In this document: piece by piece, positions 17,311-29,850 of the stretch
How positions within the stretch are numbered: position 1 is the first letter of the stretch
How the letters are laid out: the number at the start of each line of letters is the position of its first letter
Assembly: GCF_009914755.1 (NCBI RefSeq)
Contig: NC_060925.1
Length of the DNA stretch: 64,000 nucleotides
DNA from: the human T2T-CHM13v2.0 reference genome, Homo sapiens
Reading direction: 5' to 3' (one strand)
Notes under the pieces: model-generated
The model's input: only the letters and a program-made list of their open reading frames with translations
Told to the model about the DNA's origin: nothing
Database searches by the model: none
Program-made: the position numbers and the translations under genes

Positions 17311-19480
17311 GTCTAGAGAGAGTTTACACTGCAGCAGGGAGGAGGACTGAGTCCAGGGAGTTCAAGTTGGCTGGGGTTCACAAGGCAGAGTGCCAGAGAG
17401 GAGTGACTGCATGGAGAGAGCTCCCAAGACTTTCAGAAGGGTTCCTCAGTGTATCCACCTGAGTGCTGGCCAGTGCACACATGTGATGAAACTACTTCCT
17501 CAAAGAATTAGAGAAGCAATCTTCAGAGCTCACACAGTGCCAGCAACAGTTTGTCTTCCCAACAGCCAGAGTGGAAAAATCTAGTGATTCATAGGACATC
17601 AGGTGGAATGATCAGAAGGGTATTGCCTCAGTACTGGGGAAAAATTAGCCCTAGACTAAATGCTGCTTAGGTTCTGCCTAACAAAGCTTAAAAGCAAGCC
17701 TCAGAAGAATTAAACTGTTTTCAAGTAATTTTACTGCATTCCAGAATAAAGCTGAAAAATATTTATAAGAATACAAAAGTATTCAGAACCAAGTAAGGTA
17801 AAATTCACAATGTCTGGCATCTAATCAAAAATTACTAGGCATGTGAGTAAGAAGAAAAATGTGACTCATGAACGAGGAGGAAAATCAATCAAGCAATAGA
17901 AACAAACATGATGATACAGATGATAAAATTAATAGACAAGCACATCAAAAAATTGCCTCTAGTGCTTCCACATGTTCAAGAAGGCAGAGGAAAGATGGAG
18001 CATGTTATGTGTGGAGAAGGAGTAGATATTTAAAAGCACCAAATCAAACTTCCAAAGATGAAAACTATGATATCTGAGCAGACACATGCACTGAATGGCA
18101 TTGATGGCAGTTTAACACTGCAGAAGAAAAAATTAGTGAACTTGAAGACATAGCATAGAAAAAAGGACTGCAAATATGAAAAGAGAATCAGTGAGCTATG
18201 GGAAAACTTCAAGCAGCCCAACATAGATGTAAGTGGAGTCCCTGAAGGCAGGACAGAGTTATCACAAGGAAGTGCCTTATGCATTTGTAGAGGCTGAACA
18301 TGTCCAAAATTCATAGGCCAGGAACTCAGGAAGACCATAGACAGGCTCAACCCATGGGCTTTCTGTCTCTATCCAGACAACCCAGGAAAAAGAGAGAGGA
18401 CAATGACTAATCTCAATAATTAGAAAGGTGACATCTCTACAGATTCTATAGATATTAAAAAATAAACAGGAATAAACATCTACATGTGTATAAATTCAAC
18501 TTCTGTAAAATGAACAAATTCCTTGAAAGACATCAACTACCAAAGCTCGCACAAGAAATAAATAAACAAAATGGTTCTATAGCTATTTAAAGAACTGAAT
18601 TGTGGTTACAAGCCTTCCTACAAAGAAACTTAAAGGCCAGATGGCTTCATTGGTGAATTCTACCAAACATTTAAGCAAGACATAATAACAATTTCCACAA
18701 ACTCTTCCAGAAAATTAAAGAGTTGGAAATACTCATGAGTATCTCATGAGGCCAGAATTACCCTAATGCCCAAATCAGACAAAGACATTATAAGGAAAAA
18801 AAATTCTAGATCAGTACTTCTCAGGAACATAGATGCAAAAGTTCTTAACCAAGTTTTAGCATATCCAATCCAACAATATATAAAGAGGATGATACACCAT
18901 GAGCAAGTGGGATTTATCCCAGGAATGCAAGGTTAGTTTAATATTTGAATATAAATTAATGCAATTCACTATATTAATTGGCTAAATAAAAACATATAAT
19001 TGTCTCAATAGATGCAGAAAAATCATTTAATAAATTCCAATATTTATATAAAAACTCTCAGCAGATTAGAACTAGCTGTGAACTGCCTAAACCTGATAAG
19101 TGGCATCTATGAAAAACTTCAGCTCACATCACACTTTAATAAAACACTGTGTGTTTCCTCCCTAAACATCAAGAACAACACAAGCACATCCACTCTCACC
19201 ACTTTTATTTGACACTGTCCTGGAGTTTCTAGCTAGTGCAATAAGACAAGAAAAAGAAATGAAAGGCATCTAGAATTTAAAGGAAGAGGTAACCTGTCTT
19301 TATTCACAGGTAACACAATTGTTTATATGGAAAACGCCAACAAATCTACAAAAAAGAATAAGTCTGCTGGAACTAATAAGTGAACTTAGGACAGTTGCAG
19401 GAAACAACATCAATGTACTAAAAGTCAGCACTTGCAACAAAACATGGAAATGGAAAGAAATAATACCACTTTAAATAGCT
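17310..19480 (+). mobile_element. Old L1 (L1MD/ME-like) with 5' region and ORF1/ORF2 remnants, internally deleted
   Basis: ggccagatggcttcattggtgaattctaccaaacatttaag and caagtgggatttatcccaggaatgcaagg are L1 ORF2 RT-region hallmarks. Confidence 0.85.
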
Positions 19481-19779
19481 GATAGCTTCTGGACTAAGAG
19501 GAAGCTGCAGGTAGAGGGGGCAGGTGGAAGATTTAGGAGAGTATGGAGGTGGTTGCTGAGCCTGATATGAGAAGAACCTGGACAGAACAGGAACAAATGC
19601 TTTGCCGAAGCTTCTGGACCCACTGGGCTGGAGGACAACCAGCAAGGAACAGCAAGGAAGGAACCAGCAAGGAAGCTTCTGGACCCGTTGGGTTGGAGGA
19701 CAACCTCAGCAACCCTCTGAGGAGGGAGAGACAGAAACTCTCTGCAGAGACTGCAGGTTGTGACACAGAAGCTGATGGC

Positions 19780-20105
19780 CTCGATTTCCCTCCATGAAAT
19801 GGGACAGTAGGGTGCCGTTGACAGTCAGAAAGGGTGTGCAGGAGGTGGATGCTAGGGAGGAAGCCCACAAAGGGGCTGATGGACTGGCCTTGTAAGAAAC
19901 AAAACATCATGTCTCCTTGGAGCCATGTCTCCTGTGCCTCGCCAGGGACAGTGGGCCCCAGCTTCTTCGACCAGGGAAGATGGCAGTCAATGGATACCCC
20001 AATGGCTTTTTCTCTTCACCTGTTCCCCCCACTCTCCTGTTCCCTAGAACCATGTTCCCACATAAACCACCTGCACTCACTACTTGTATCATGTTCTAAA
20101 AATCC
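19780..20105 (+). mobile_element. ERVL LTR16-like fragment
   Basis: 3' end ttcccacataaaccacctgcactc...ttgtatcatg resembles the LTR16 polyA/U5 region. Confidence 0.4.
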
Positions 20106-20818
20106 CACCATGTCCCTGGAGCTCAGGATCTTCAAGGCCAAGGGGAGGCCCTAAAGGTGAAGTTGGGGGTGAACCAGAGTGAAGGAGAGCATCTCCAGTG
20201 ATGAGGGAGTCCAAGACCCATGATCCTGGGTGATGGGGGTGGACAGGAGGAGCGTGACTGTCAAGCTGCCCAGGCCCAGGCCCATGTGTGAACAGCAGCC
20301 CTGTGAATCTTGCTCTTGGCCTCTGAGCCTTGGCTCTGGCTTATGCTCCAAAGATGGTGACACTGCATCTCCTGTGGTCTCAGGGATCAGCTGGGTCATG
20401 CAGGTTTCAGCAGGGGTTGTGGTCACCACTATTCCCATGAGAGAGGTCATACCCACAATGTAAAATCCCACTTGGGCTGCAGGACAGCCAAGGGCTAGGG
20501 AGGAGGCGCCGCTCATGTCACCCACAACCTTGCCCAGAAGGGGCACTGCCTCTAGGGGAAGATTGGACCCAGGCACCCCTTCAGTGCCGCCCTCCTCTGG
20601 CATCTCCACTTGGTGGCAGTATTGGCCCAGAAGCGGAACTCCAGCAAGCAGCCACCAACCGGTCCCTAAGAGCTGCTGTGGCAGCAAAACTTAGCTCTTT
20701 CCCAACAGGAAAGTCTGGGGAGTCTATTGCCCTCATTTCACAGGGAAGTAAGTTATGGCCTGGGAACCAGGATTCTGGATAATTAATCTGCAGGATTCCA
20801 GAACTCCATGATACTGTG

Positions 20819-21112
<294 letters not shown>

Positions 21113-22509
21113 CATTGTGATTTTTTTTTAATTCTCAAATTTGATTTTCTTATGGTTCTAAGACTCTCCATCTATGGGTCCATGCTTGAAGAACCATAAG
21201 ATTCTAAGATCAGAGGGTTCTACTGACTCAGTTCCCCTGCATCCTATAATTCTGTGTTTGGATGATTCCAGCATTTCATGGCCATTTCATGGGATCAACC
21301 AGGATTAACCACATGGCTAAAGGGAGAGGCTGATGGCCCTACTTCCATGGTTCCCAGATTCCATCTTCTCTTCCTCATAGGGAGGTCCACAATTCCCCAC
21401 ATATCACCAGGCCACCTGCAAGGAGAGCAGGTCCAAGAAGTCACCTTGCAATGAGAATGAGATCGTGTGCCTCCTACATCATGCCCTAAGGGAGAGAGGA
21501 CAGCATGGAGCTAGGAGGTGGATGGCTGGGGTGTCAACTGAGAAAGACATGCCTGTTGGACCCCAGAGTTGACTTTTATGGCATCCAAGAGCTGCCTGTG
21601 AGAACACACATGGTTTGATTTGTGAAGGGATGTTCACACAACCATCATGCGTCAGCCTTCTCAAAGGTGGCGTTCGTAGCACAGCATGCGAAGGGCTTTG
21701 AGTCAACAGACATTCCTGGAAAGAAAGCAGTGTGGGGGTATGGAAGGATCCCTGGAGGCTGGGACCTGGAGACCAGGGTCTTTCCTGCGGGCCCATTGCT
21801 CCTTCCACTTTGCCTTGAGCCCACTCTTTCCATACAAGGAGAGGCTGACCTAAGGTTCCAGTTGCTTTCATCAGGTGGGATCTGGTGAAGGGTCAAAATG
21901 GAACTCTAAGATGGGTAGTTGAAGGGGTGACACCCGAGGAGAGAGTGATGTCTCAAAACAGACTGAATTATTTCCCAAAGAGGTGCCCCAAGCCCCTGCA
22001 AATGCACTCTCTAGGAAGTCTGGCCACTGGGCCCCTTGCCCTCGTCCCACAGGGCAGCTCAGAAAGGCAAGCTCATGAGGACCGGCTCGTGTCCACCTAC
22101 CCCCCTCATTGCCTACAAGGACTCCCGAGCATGCCCCCCATCCTGGCGCAATCTTCTGCCCTGGAGCCAGGAAAGGATGGCCTTCTGAGTTGGAGTCCTG
22201 CAGTCGGTCTTCCAGTCTTGGAGGGAAACATATACTCTACAAATGGTGAGCCTCGGAGAGAGCCCAGCCCTGCTGTGCTGCCTCCAGGAGGTTCAGGCGG
22301 CTATGCCTCCTCATTCAGCCTCACTGAGCCTTTTCCACTTCCAGAACATGGTGAAATTCACTTCCCTCTGACCACACAGTGCTTGGTGGATCACCGGGCA
22401 CACAGTGGGCCTACAGTGGGCATGGTAGTCGCTGTCATCACTCCGCTCCAGGAGCCTTCAAGAAATCATCTCATCTGACAACCCACATTTACCATAAGGA
22501 CCTTTTGGA

Positions 22510-22668
22510 GGCCAGGCGCAGGGGCTCACCCCTGTAACCCCACAGTTTGGGAGGCCAAGGCAAGAGGATTGCTTGAGCCCAGGAGTTAGAAACTACAGTG
22601 AACTATGATGGCACCACTGCACTCCAGCCTGGGCGACGGAGTGAGACCCTGTCTCAAACAAATAAAAA
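22510..22668 (+). mobile_element. Free Alu monomer (FRAM-like)
   Basis: Single monomer with A tail; degenerate TSD aaggaccttttgga / aagaaccttccgga. Confidence 0.85.
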
Positions 22669-23589
22669 AGAACCTTCCGGAGAACTGAAGGAAAGTGGAA
22701 ATTTGATAAGAGATCTGGGCTGGAGAGGAGAAAAGTCTTTTAAAATATAAATATAACGGCAAGCTCAGAAAGATAGATACAGGGCAATGGTAAGAAGCAG
22801 ACAGGTAACCAGATTGGGCTAGTGGGAGATGCTCATTGAGACAAGCAGTGCAGTGGTGTGTCACTGTGAGGGGGAAACGGGGATGGTGCCCCCGCCATCC
22901 TGCTTTGTGACTGGCGTGCACGGCAAGGGGGCAGAGCAACAACTTCTGTGGGCTGGACCTGCCCTGGGCAGGGGCCACGGGGAGGCCACAGACTCCGGTC
23001 TGAATAAATACACAGCAGGAACCCAGAGCTGTGGATATGTAGACCCCACACACAGCCTCCCACAGAGGGCAGGTAACCCACAGGAAGACAGACAGCCCTG
23101 AGCTCACAGCCATACCTGCAAAGCCCTGCCAGGACATACCCACATCAGTAATGTCCACGGGGGCTCTCATGGTGATATTAACGCGGAGGAGGTAATTCCC
23201 ACAGTGCCTGAGCTGAACAACGCCAACAAAGGTGGAGACGGGGCGGAGGGACAGACAAGGAATGTAGAGAGGGGCTGCAGACAGGAAGAGCAACTCACAA
23301 CTGTGCAGGAGGGCTCATCGGCTGTGACAGGAAAACACACAGAGACTGATAGAAAGACAGGACAGCCATAGACAGGAGGTGGGAGGCAGACAGGTCTGTG
23401 GCCCAGAGACCCTGTCTCACCACAGCAGCTTTGGGGAAGCAGGTGGCCACGTCATTTTCCTTGTCTCTGTTTGGCTGACCTGTGCATCTCAGGCCCAGCC
23501 CTGGCTGCTGTTTTTCCAGCTGCAGTTCCCAAACTGTGTGCTAAGGCACCCTGGGACGCCACAGCAAATTCCCAGGGTGTTGCAGAATA

Positions 23590-23703
23590 TCACGCCTGTA
23601 ATCCTAGCTCTTTGGGAGGCCAAAGTGGGAGGATCACTTGAGCCCAGGAGTTCAAGACCTGCCTGGGCAACATGGTAAGGCCCTCGTCCCTGCAAAAAAA
23701 ATT
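23590..23703 (+). mobile_element. Alu left monomer (FLAM-like)
   Basis: tcacgcctgtaatcctagc...gggcaacatgg followed by an A run. Confidence 0.85.
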
Positions 23704-23719
23704 TGTTTTAAAGAAAGTA

Positions 23720-24155
23720 CAATTGAGTCTTGGACAACATGGGGGTTAGGGGCACCAACCCCCTGCAAAGTCAAAAACTTGAGTATAACTTTTGACTCCC
23801 TGAAAACGAAACTACTAACAGCCTCCTGTTGACCAGAAGCCTTGCTGATCCCACACACAGTCAGTCAGAACATACGCTGCATGCCACATGTGTTATCCCC
23901 TGTGTTCCTACAATAAACTCAGCTGGAGAAAGGAAATTCCTGCTCAGAAAACCTAGAAAAGAAGCCAGACTCACAGTTCATGAGGCGGCAGTGGGTCCTC
24001 ATAAAGGTCTTCATCCTAGTGGTCTTCATATTGAGTGGCTGAGGAGGAAGACAGAAGCGGGGCTTGGTCTTGCTGTGTCAGGGTGGCAGAGGCAGGAGAA
24101 ATCCATGTATAAGTGACCCACACAGTGCAAACCTGTGTTGTTTGAGGGTCACCTG
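23720..24155. mobile_element. Tigger2a/MER28-like DNA transposon, both termini present, opposite orientation to the 14526 copy
   Basis: Degenerate TIRs caattgagtcttggacaaca ... tgttgtttgagggtcacctg. Confidence 0.75.
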
Positions 24156-24417
24156 TCCTGCATGAACATCACCTTGTATGGCCTGAGAGCCAGGACCTTG
24201 AACAAGAAGTGAGAGTGTTGCTTCTGGAGGGCCAGTAACTGCAGTTATGTGAGGATGAAATAAAAATATGATTCATTTATTTTTAACTGATATGATTTTT
24301 TTTCAAATAGCTACTGATCATTAAGTGGTTGGACCTAATTACTTAATAAACAAAGCTCTTAGGTATTTATTTTAGCCTGAGGAGCTGGGCAAAGAATGAC
24401 TATAAGTTGTTTTCTTG

Positions 24418-24598
24418 ATTAATTTAATTTAATTTAATTTAATTTTATTTAGAGTCAGGGTCTCACTCTGTCACCCAGGTTAGAGTGCAGTGATGCAATC
24501 ATAGCTCACTGCAGCCTTGAACTCCTCAGCCCAGATGATCCTCCCATCTTGGCCTCCCAAAGTGCCGGGATTACAGGTGTGCACCATCACACCTGGCC
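24418..24598 (-). mobile_element. Free Alu monomer with (AATTT)n tail
   Basis: Single reverse-complement monomer. Confidence 0.85.
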
Positions 24599-25519
24599 AA
24601 TTGAAAGTTTTGATCTCAAGAACCCACTGCTTATGGAGAAGGCATCCAAAGAGTGACCCCCACAAGGAAGGTCAGGGAAGCTTCCAGAAGGGACCAAGTT
24701 CCAATGGAACTGACTGTGGAGGGGCACTCCATCTTCTGACCCTGGACCCCTACCCTGTCCTGCTGCTGTTCCTTCCAGGGTCCCTCAGCCAGAAAGCCCC
24801 CAGAGCCTTGAACTCTGTCTGCCCAAACCCCTTCTCTGTTTTCCCCCAACTTATTTTTGCTCAAATGAGAAAAAAAGGAAGCAAAAGATGACCAGTTAGT
24901 GTCTGAAATCCTGGCTTGCCCCACCCATAACAGGGACTCACACCCGCTGTAGACAGGGAACCCACTACCTCACACAGCAAACTGTCCATCAGAGATGCCC
25001 CTCCCACCTGGCTTACCCCACCCAAGCAGGTATCTTACAGAGCTTCCGGGGTGGGCAGCGCCTCCTCTCGCCTGGGGGCCTATTCTGGAAGGAGGGAGCA
25101 CGCTCCCTGGGCCCTCCAGCAGGCCAGAAATGATGTTCCCTCCAGCACCATCCATACATGGGGAGTTTTGTTTTATCAAACACATGGCTGGCTGCTCAGG
25201 GCTTAGCTCCAGAGCTGCCCGGTTGTCAGGCCTTCTCACACGTGCCCTCTCTGAGGACGATTAGCCCTTTCCTGACGCTGGCTTGCAAAGGTCTCACCCA
25301 CCTCCCCGTTCCAAGTGTTGGAATGTGGGTCTGTGTCCTGGCCAACAAGGAGGTCTGTGGAGACAGGACCGGGTCTCAGTCACCGTTCAGCAGCCACCCG
25401 GCATGCCCCCAGGAGCCTGCCCTATGCCTTGACCTCAACCTACGCCATCCCAGTCCCCAGCGCAATGCACAGGTGGGGACATAGACCTTGACAGACTGGT
25501 CAGGGACAGCTCCCTTTAG

Positions 25520-25538
25520 GCAACAGCAGAGGGCGCTT
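25520..25538 (+). promoter_or_regulatory. CTCF-like motif
   Basis: GCAACAGCAGAGGGCGCTT matches the CTCF core CCASCAGRGGGCGC except for one position. Confidence 0.4.
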
Positions 25539-27068
25539 CCAGGGAGGCCCCTCACCTTCCTCTGCACCCCAAGCAAGGGACAAGAGGTGCTGTAGGCAAC
25601 ATCACCCGAGCCTGGAAGACACTCAGGAGAAGCCCCTCAGGCCCCTGACACCCAGCTGGGGTCCCACCCTTGCTCTCCCACTCTGCTCTCCACCCCACCC
25701 CAGCCCAGCCCCACTGACTTGGCTGCTCAGGAGCCGAGGCTCTCGGAGGCTCACAGAGGGAAAGAGGAGCCCCACATGGTACAGGCAGGTACCGAGGAGC
25801 TAGTTCCAGAAGCCTCCACTCGTTCCTCCATGCAGCCTACCCTGGCTCCCTGGTATCCAGAGTCTTCAGAAACAGGAGCCCTCGCTTGAGAGCCTGGCCT
25901 GGGCAGGCTGAGCTCCTGCCTGGGGCCTCGGAGTCTGCTCCTCCCTTCATCTTCTGCAGCCTGGGAAGCGGCCGGATCTCAGTGTGTCTACTACCCAGGT
26001 GGCACGGGCAGAGGATGGGGCCTGATGGGGGAGAAGAAAGCAGCCAGGAGGAGGGGCTTGGGAAACCAAGGGGCAAGAGGGCAGGACTGAGCAGGCTGCG
26101 CTCACCTGCCCCCTTCAGAGAGGTCACGAGGCCCATCCTGTCGGTGGGCAGAGCTGGCATCCTCTAGGGGGCTCTAATCCCCGAGCCTCATTTCTGGGGA
26201 GGTGGGGGTAACAAGAGTCTGCGTGCCTCAGGCTGGGCTCAGGCGCCCACCCCACCTGCAGCCCAGGTTTTCCCCAGTACCACAATTGGGTGGGATTTTT
26301 GCTGCAAGGCCAAGTCCAGAGGAGCACAAACACGCTCCTCCCCTCCCCCTCCCTGACCCCACCGCCGCTTCATTCCAGAGCTCTTCCCTCTTTCCCTCTG
26401 AGGGTGGGGGCCCCGCAGTGCCTGGGAGAAGCGGGTGGGCGGCCGGGCATGCGTAGCGGAAACTGGATTCCCAAGGTAGTGAGGAGCAAAGGGAACTTTT
26501 TTTCAAAGAGAAAGGCTGTCACTCTGAATTCAGGACTCCTGACATAGTCACCAGGTGACCCCTAGGGCCGGTGTCCACAGGACCACAGGCTCCCTCTGCA
26601 AACGCAGAACCAAGTTGTGAGTGGGGCACACTGTGGGAAGCAGCTGCCTCCATCAGCCAGCCAGTGACACACCTGGGGACATCTCAGCCACCCCCTCCCT
26701 GAGAAGCTGCACAGAAGCGGCCACATGCCCATCCCTGCCTCTCCATGCACCTCCCTCCCGCAACTCTGCAGCCGCACAGGAGGCCTAGCCCACAGGCTGG
26801 GCAGTGCAGTATCCCCAGAGAACACACCACGGATGAGTCTGGAGTTGCTTGGAGCTCTCAGAAGCTCCCGGAGCCTCCTTCCTCAATTCCAACGCGGTAA
26901 CCAAGATTCCTGCTGAGCTTAGGTCACAGTGTGACTGCAGGAGGACCAGCCGCGATGGGAGAGTGCCTCTTAACCATCCCAGTTATCAGGTCCCCCGGGG
27001 GAGGCTGGGGACACTTCCCCTCTGCAAATTACAATCTCCCCAGGCGGCTCCCGGGGCAACACATGGAT

Positions 27069-27076
27069 ATGCAAAT
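27069..27076 (+). promoter_or_regulatory. Octamer motif ATGCAAAT
   Basis: Exact POU-domain consensus about 1 kb upstream of exon 1. Confidence 0.35.
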
Positions 27077-27399
27077 GACTGGGAGCTGGAGAGTTGACTG
27101 GTCACTGGGTGACCTTGGGCAAGTCACTTTCCCTCTCAGGTCTTCCCCTCTCCATCAGCAAACTCCTAAAGCTTAACTAAACAGTCAGAAATCCCTCTGT
27201 CGGAACAGGCTGCATAGCTCTGAGCAGACCTGGAGGTTGGTGGTCCCAGAACCTGGGGGCAGCACTGCGCTTCCCCACCGTCCCATCGCGTCAGGGGCTT
27301 CCACTGTTCTCTTCCCTGGTGGAGTGATGGGGAGAAAAATGGAGGGGTCAATCCCTGCGCCACAGAGAGAGTCCCACTCGTCCCCAGCTGTGACCCACA

Positions 27400-29850
27400 G
27401 ACGCGTGGCTGCACCTTGGAGGTCCACCTGGCCGCTGTCCCCATTGCAGGCTGCACCCATCCCGGACCCTTTCTATCCGCCGAAGGCGCAGGCAGCTCTG
27501 GTCTCAGCGGAAGGAGTCCGGCCAAAGGACGTGCACCCGACAACCGTCCGCTCCCTCCCCAAACCCCCGCCCCGAGAAGGTTGATGGATGAAGGGGAGCC
27601 CTAGCCCAGCCACCTCGGGGGCAAGAGACGGAGCTCGCCACAGACCAGGAGCGAGAGGGGGACTGCGGGTCCCACCGTGAGCGCAGGGCGCGCGGGGCTG
27701 GAAACCCAGGACGCGGCCCGGGAGCTCCAGGAGGGCGCCTGCGGATCGCGCGGCCCCGGGCCGGCCGCCTGCCCATCTGGCGCACCCCAGCGCGCCGCGC
27801 ACACCTGGGGGCCCGCACACCAGCACGTCCTCAGACACACCGACACCCACGGCAGCAGGCGGGGGCCAACGCCGCCGCCGCGGTTCGGGCTCCCGTGGCC
27901 CCGCCTGCCCCTGCCTGCCCCGCCCGGGCCCCGGCCCCGGCGGGCGCCCCCCGCGGCGCTGCCCCGCCCCCGCCGCCCCGGGCCTCGGCCCGCAGCCCGG
28001 CCGCCGGCCCACCTGGCGCAGCGCCGCCCTCGGAGCCCGCGCACACCCGCGCACCCGCGGCCGCAGGAGGGCCCAGCGACGCCGCCGCGCCAGCTCCCAG
28101 GGCCCGGCCCCCCCCGGCGCTCACGCTCTCGGGGCGGACTCCCGGCCCTCCGCGCCCTCTCGCGCGGCGATGGCCCCACTCGGATACTTCTTACTCCTCT
28201 GCAGCCTGAAGCAGGCTCTGGGCAGCTACCCGATCTGGTGGTGAGTGAGCCTCCTCGCGTTCGCCCCTGCCCCTGTGCGCCGCGCCCGCAGCAGACGGTC
28301 CCCTCGGGCAGGGACCCCGCGGTGGCCCGAGCCCGCGCCCTTCTGCTCCAGCCCCGCGTGCGGGCCGCGGGCGGTTGGTTTTCCTTGACGGCCACTTTGG
28401 ACCTGTTCAGGCCGCTGGGACGCGTGGGTGGCGGAGTTTCCGGAGACATTGATTCCCGAGCGGGGGAGTAGGGGAGGTTGCGGAGGTCCTAGCTGCCCCT
28501 GGCGTCGGACAGGGCGAGCAGTGGGCTGGGGAGAGGCTGAAAGAAGGTCGGCACGCACGGTCACCGAGGGGACAGGCAGCTCGAGGCCAGGGGACAGGCG
28601 AGGGAAGAGGGCCAGCGAGAGAGAATTCGCCGGAGACTTTCCTCAAAAACCGTATCTTACACACAAACACACACACACGTTTTAAAACAAAGTCGATGAG
28701 ACAAGACTGAACAGCTCGGAGCAGCGTGGTTACGTAAAGAAAGCTGGGACCCGGCGGGGAGTGGCGCAGAGCCGGCGGCGGGGCGCACTGGGGGCCGGCC
28801 CTGGGCCCCGCGCGCCTCCCCGCCGCAGTCCGGGCACGGGGGTTTCCAGGGGCCCTCTCTGCGAGCCCTCCGCATGGGTCCACCTGGCAATGAGGGGCTG
28901 CTGTAGAGAGAGTTAAGGGTGAGTTAAGCACGGGGTGTGAGGGGCTCCAGGACCCTCAATCAGAAAGCGCTGTGCTGCGCCCTCCACACCAGAAAAGGCG
29001 CGTTCCGTGAGACCCTCCCCAGCCTGGCGATGGAAGTGCAGATAAACCAAAGGAAGGGTCCCGAAAGGTCTCTCTCAGGCCTCCCACCTCCACTGCACAT
29101 ATCCTGTGGGAGGGGGAACGGTGGCCACACTTTCGCCAGGGCTTGTGATCCCTCAGAGCCCTCACCAAGCAAGGATCACCCCAGTTCCGAATTAAGGGCG
29201 CTCTGAGATGCCCAAGATTGAGGAACACAAGTGGGAGGAATGTGGGCGCGCAGGGCCGGGCGCAGCGCTGGTAGGACCCACAGTTGGAGAGAAGCCTCCC
29301 CACAAGCATGCACACTCCCCCCCATCCTTCTCCGACGGCAGCCTGGAATTATAATAATTACGCCGAGGGGAAGGGGGGAGACCCAGCGAGCCGAGGTACA
29401 TCTAATCCGATAATAATTTTTCTCTTCGAGATGGTTCAGGAGCGGGGGCTCCCGCGGTAGGGGCGCCGGGCCAGGAGCAGCGGGGAGGGGAAGGGGCAGC
29501 CCTAGGCAGCTGAAGGGCCTGGAAGAGGCCACGAGGCCGCGGGGACGCGCTTCGGGGACCCCCGCGCGCCCCTATTTCCGCGTGCCCCATTTCCCGTGCG
29601 GCACCTGCTGCGCCCAGTGGCCCACCTGAGGGTCAGGCTCGGGGCTCGCCTTGGGGTGCGGGGATACTGACGCGCGTCCAGACGGCCGCAGGGAGCCAGG
29701 GGCAGCGCGTCCGTCCGAGAGAGCCCCGAGGGCTGCCGGCTTACGCACCAGGCTTCTAATTAGAACCCGCCGCCGCGTTCCTGAGCGCAAAAGGAAGCTC
29801 CTTCGCCCCGCGCCCTTCCCATAAATGTCGCCAGCCTCCTGGCAACCCCG
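27400..29850. promoter_or_regulatory. WNT3A: CpG island / TATA-less WNT3A promoter, 5' UTR and start of intron 1
   Basis: Very high GC and CpG density around exon 1, with multiple GC boxes (CCCCGCCCC near 27962, GGGGCGG near 28130). The TSS is probably ~28040-28095 but cannot be fixed from sequence. Confidence 0.9.
28170..28240 (+). CDS. WNT3A: WNT3A coding exon 1 (signal peptide)
   Basis: ATG at 28170 in strong Kozak context (gcgATGG). Translates MAPLGYFLLLCSLKQALGSYPIW+TG, the human WNT3A N-terminus. Canonical donor GTGAGT at 28241, phase 2. Missed by the ORF track because it is short and spliced. Confidence 0.98.

Larger units (their letters stand above)
23523..24630. mobile_element. Charlie4-like hAT element hosting nested insertions
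   Basis: ttcccaaactgtgtgctaaggcaccctgggacgccacagc start and tggacctaattacttaataaac...aggtatttattttagcct body. Confidence 0.45.

Noticed and set aside
27473-28931. Long ORFs on both strands over the promoter (264 aa, 282 aa, 193 aa, 174 aa)
   Set aside because: Pro/Arg/Gly/Ala-rich shadows of extreme GC content with no recognisable domain; the true coding segment is 28170-28240.
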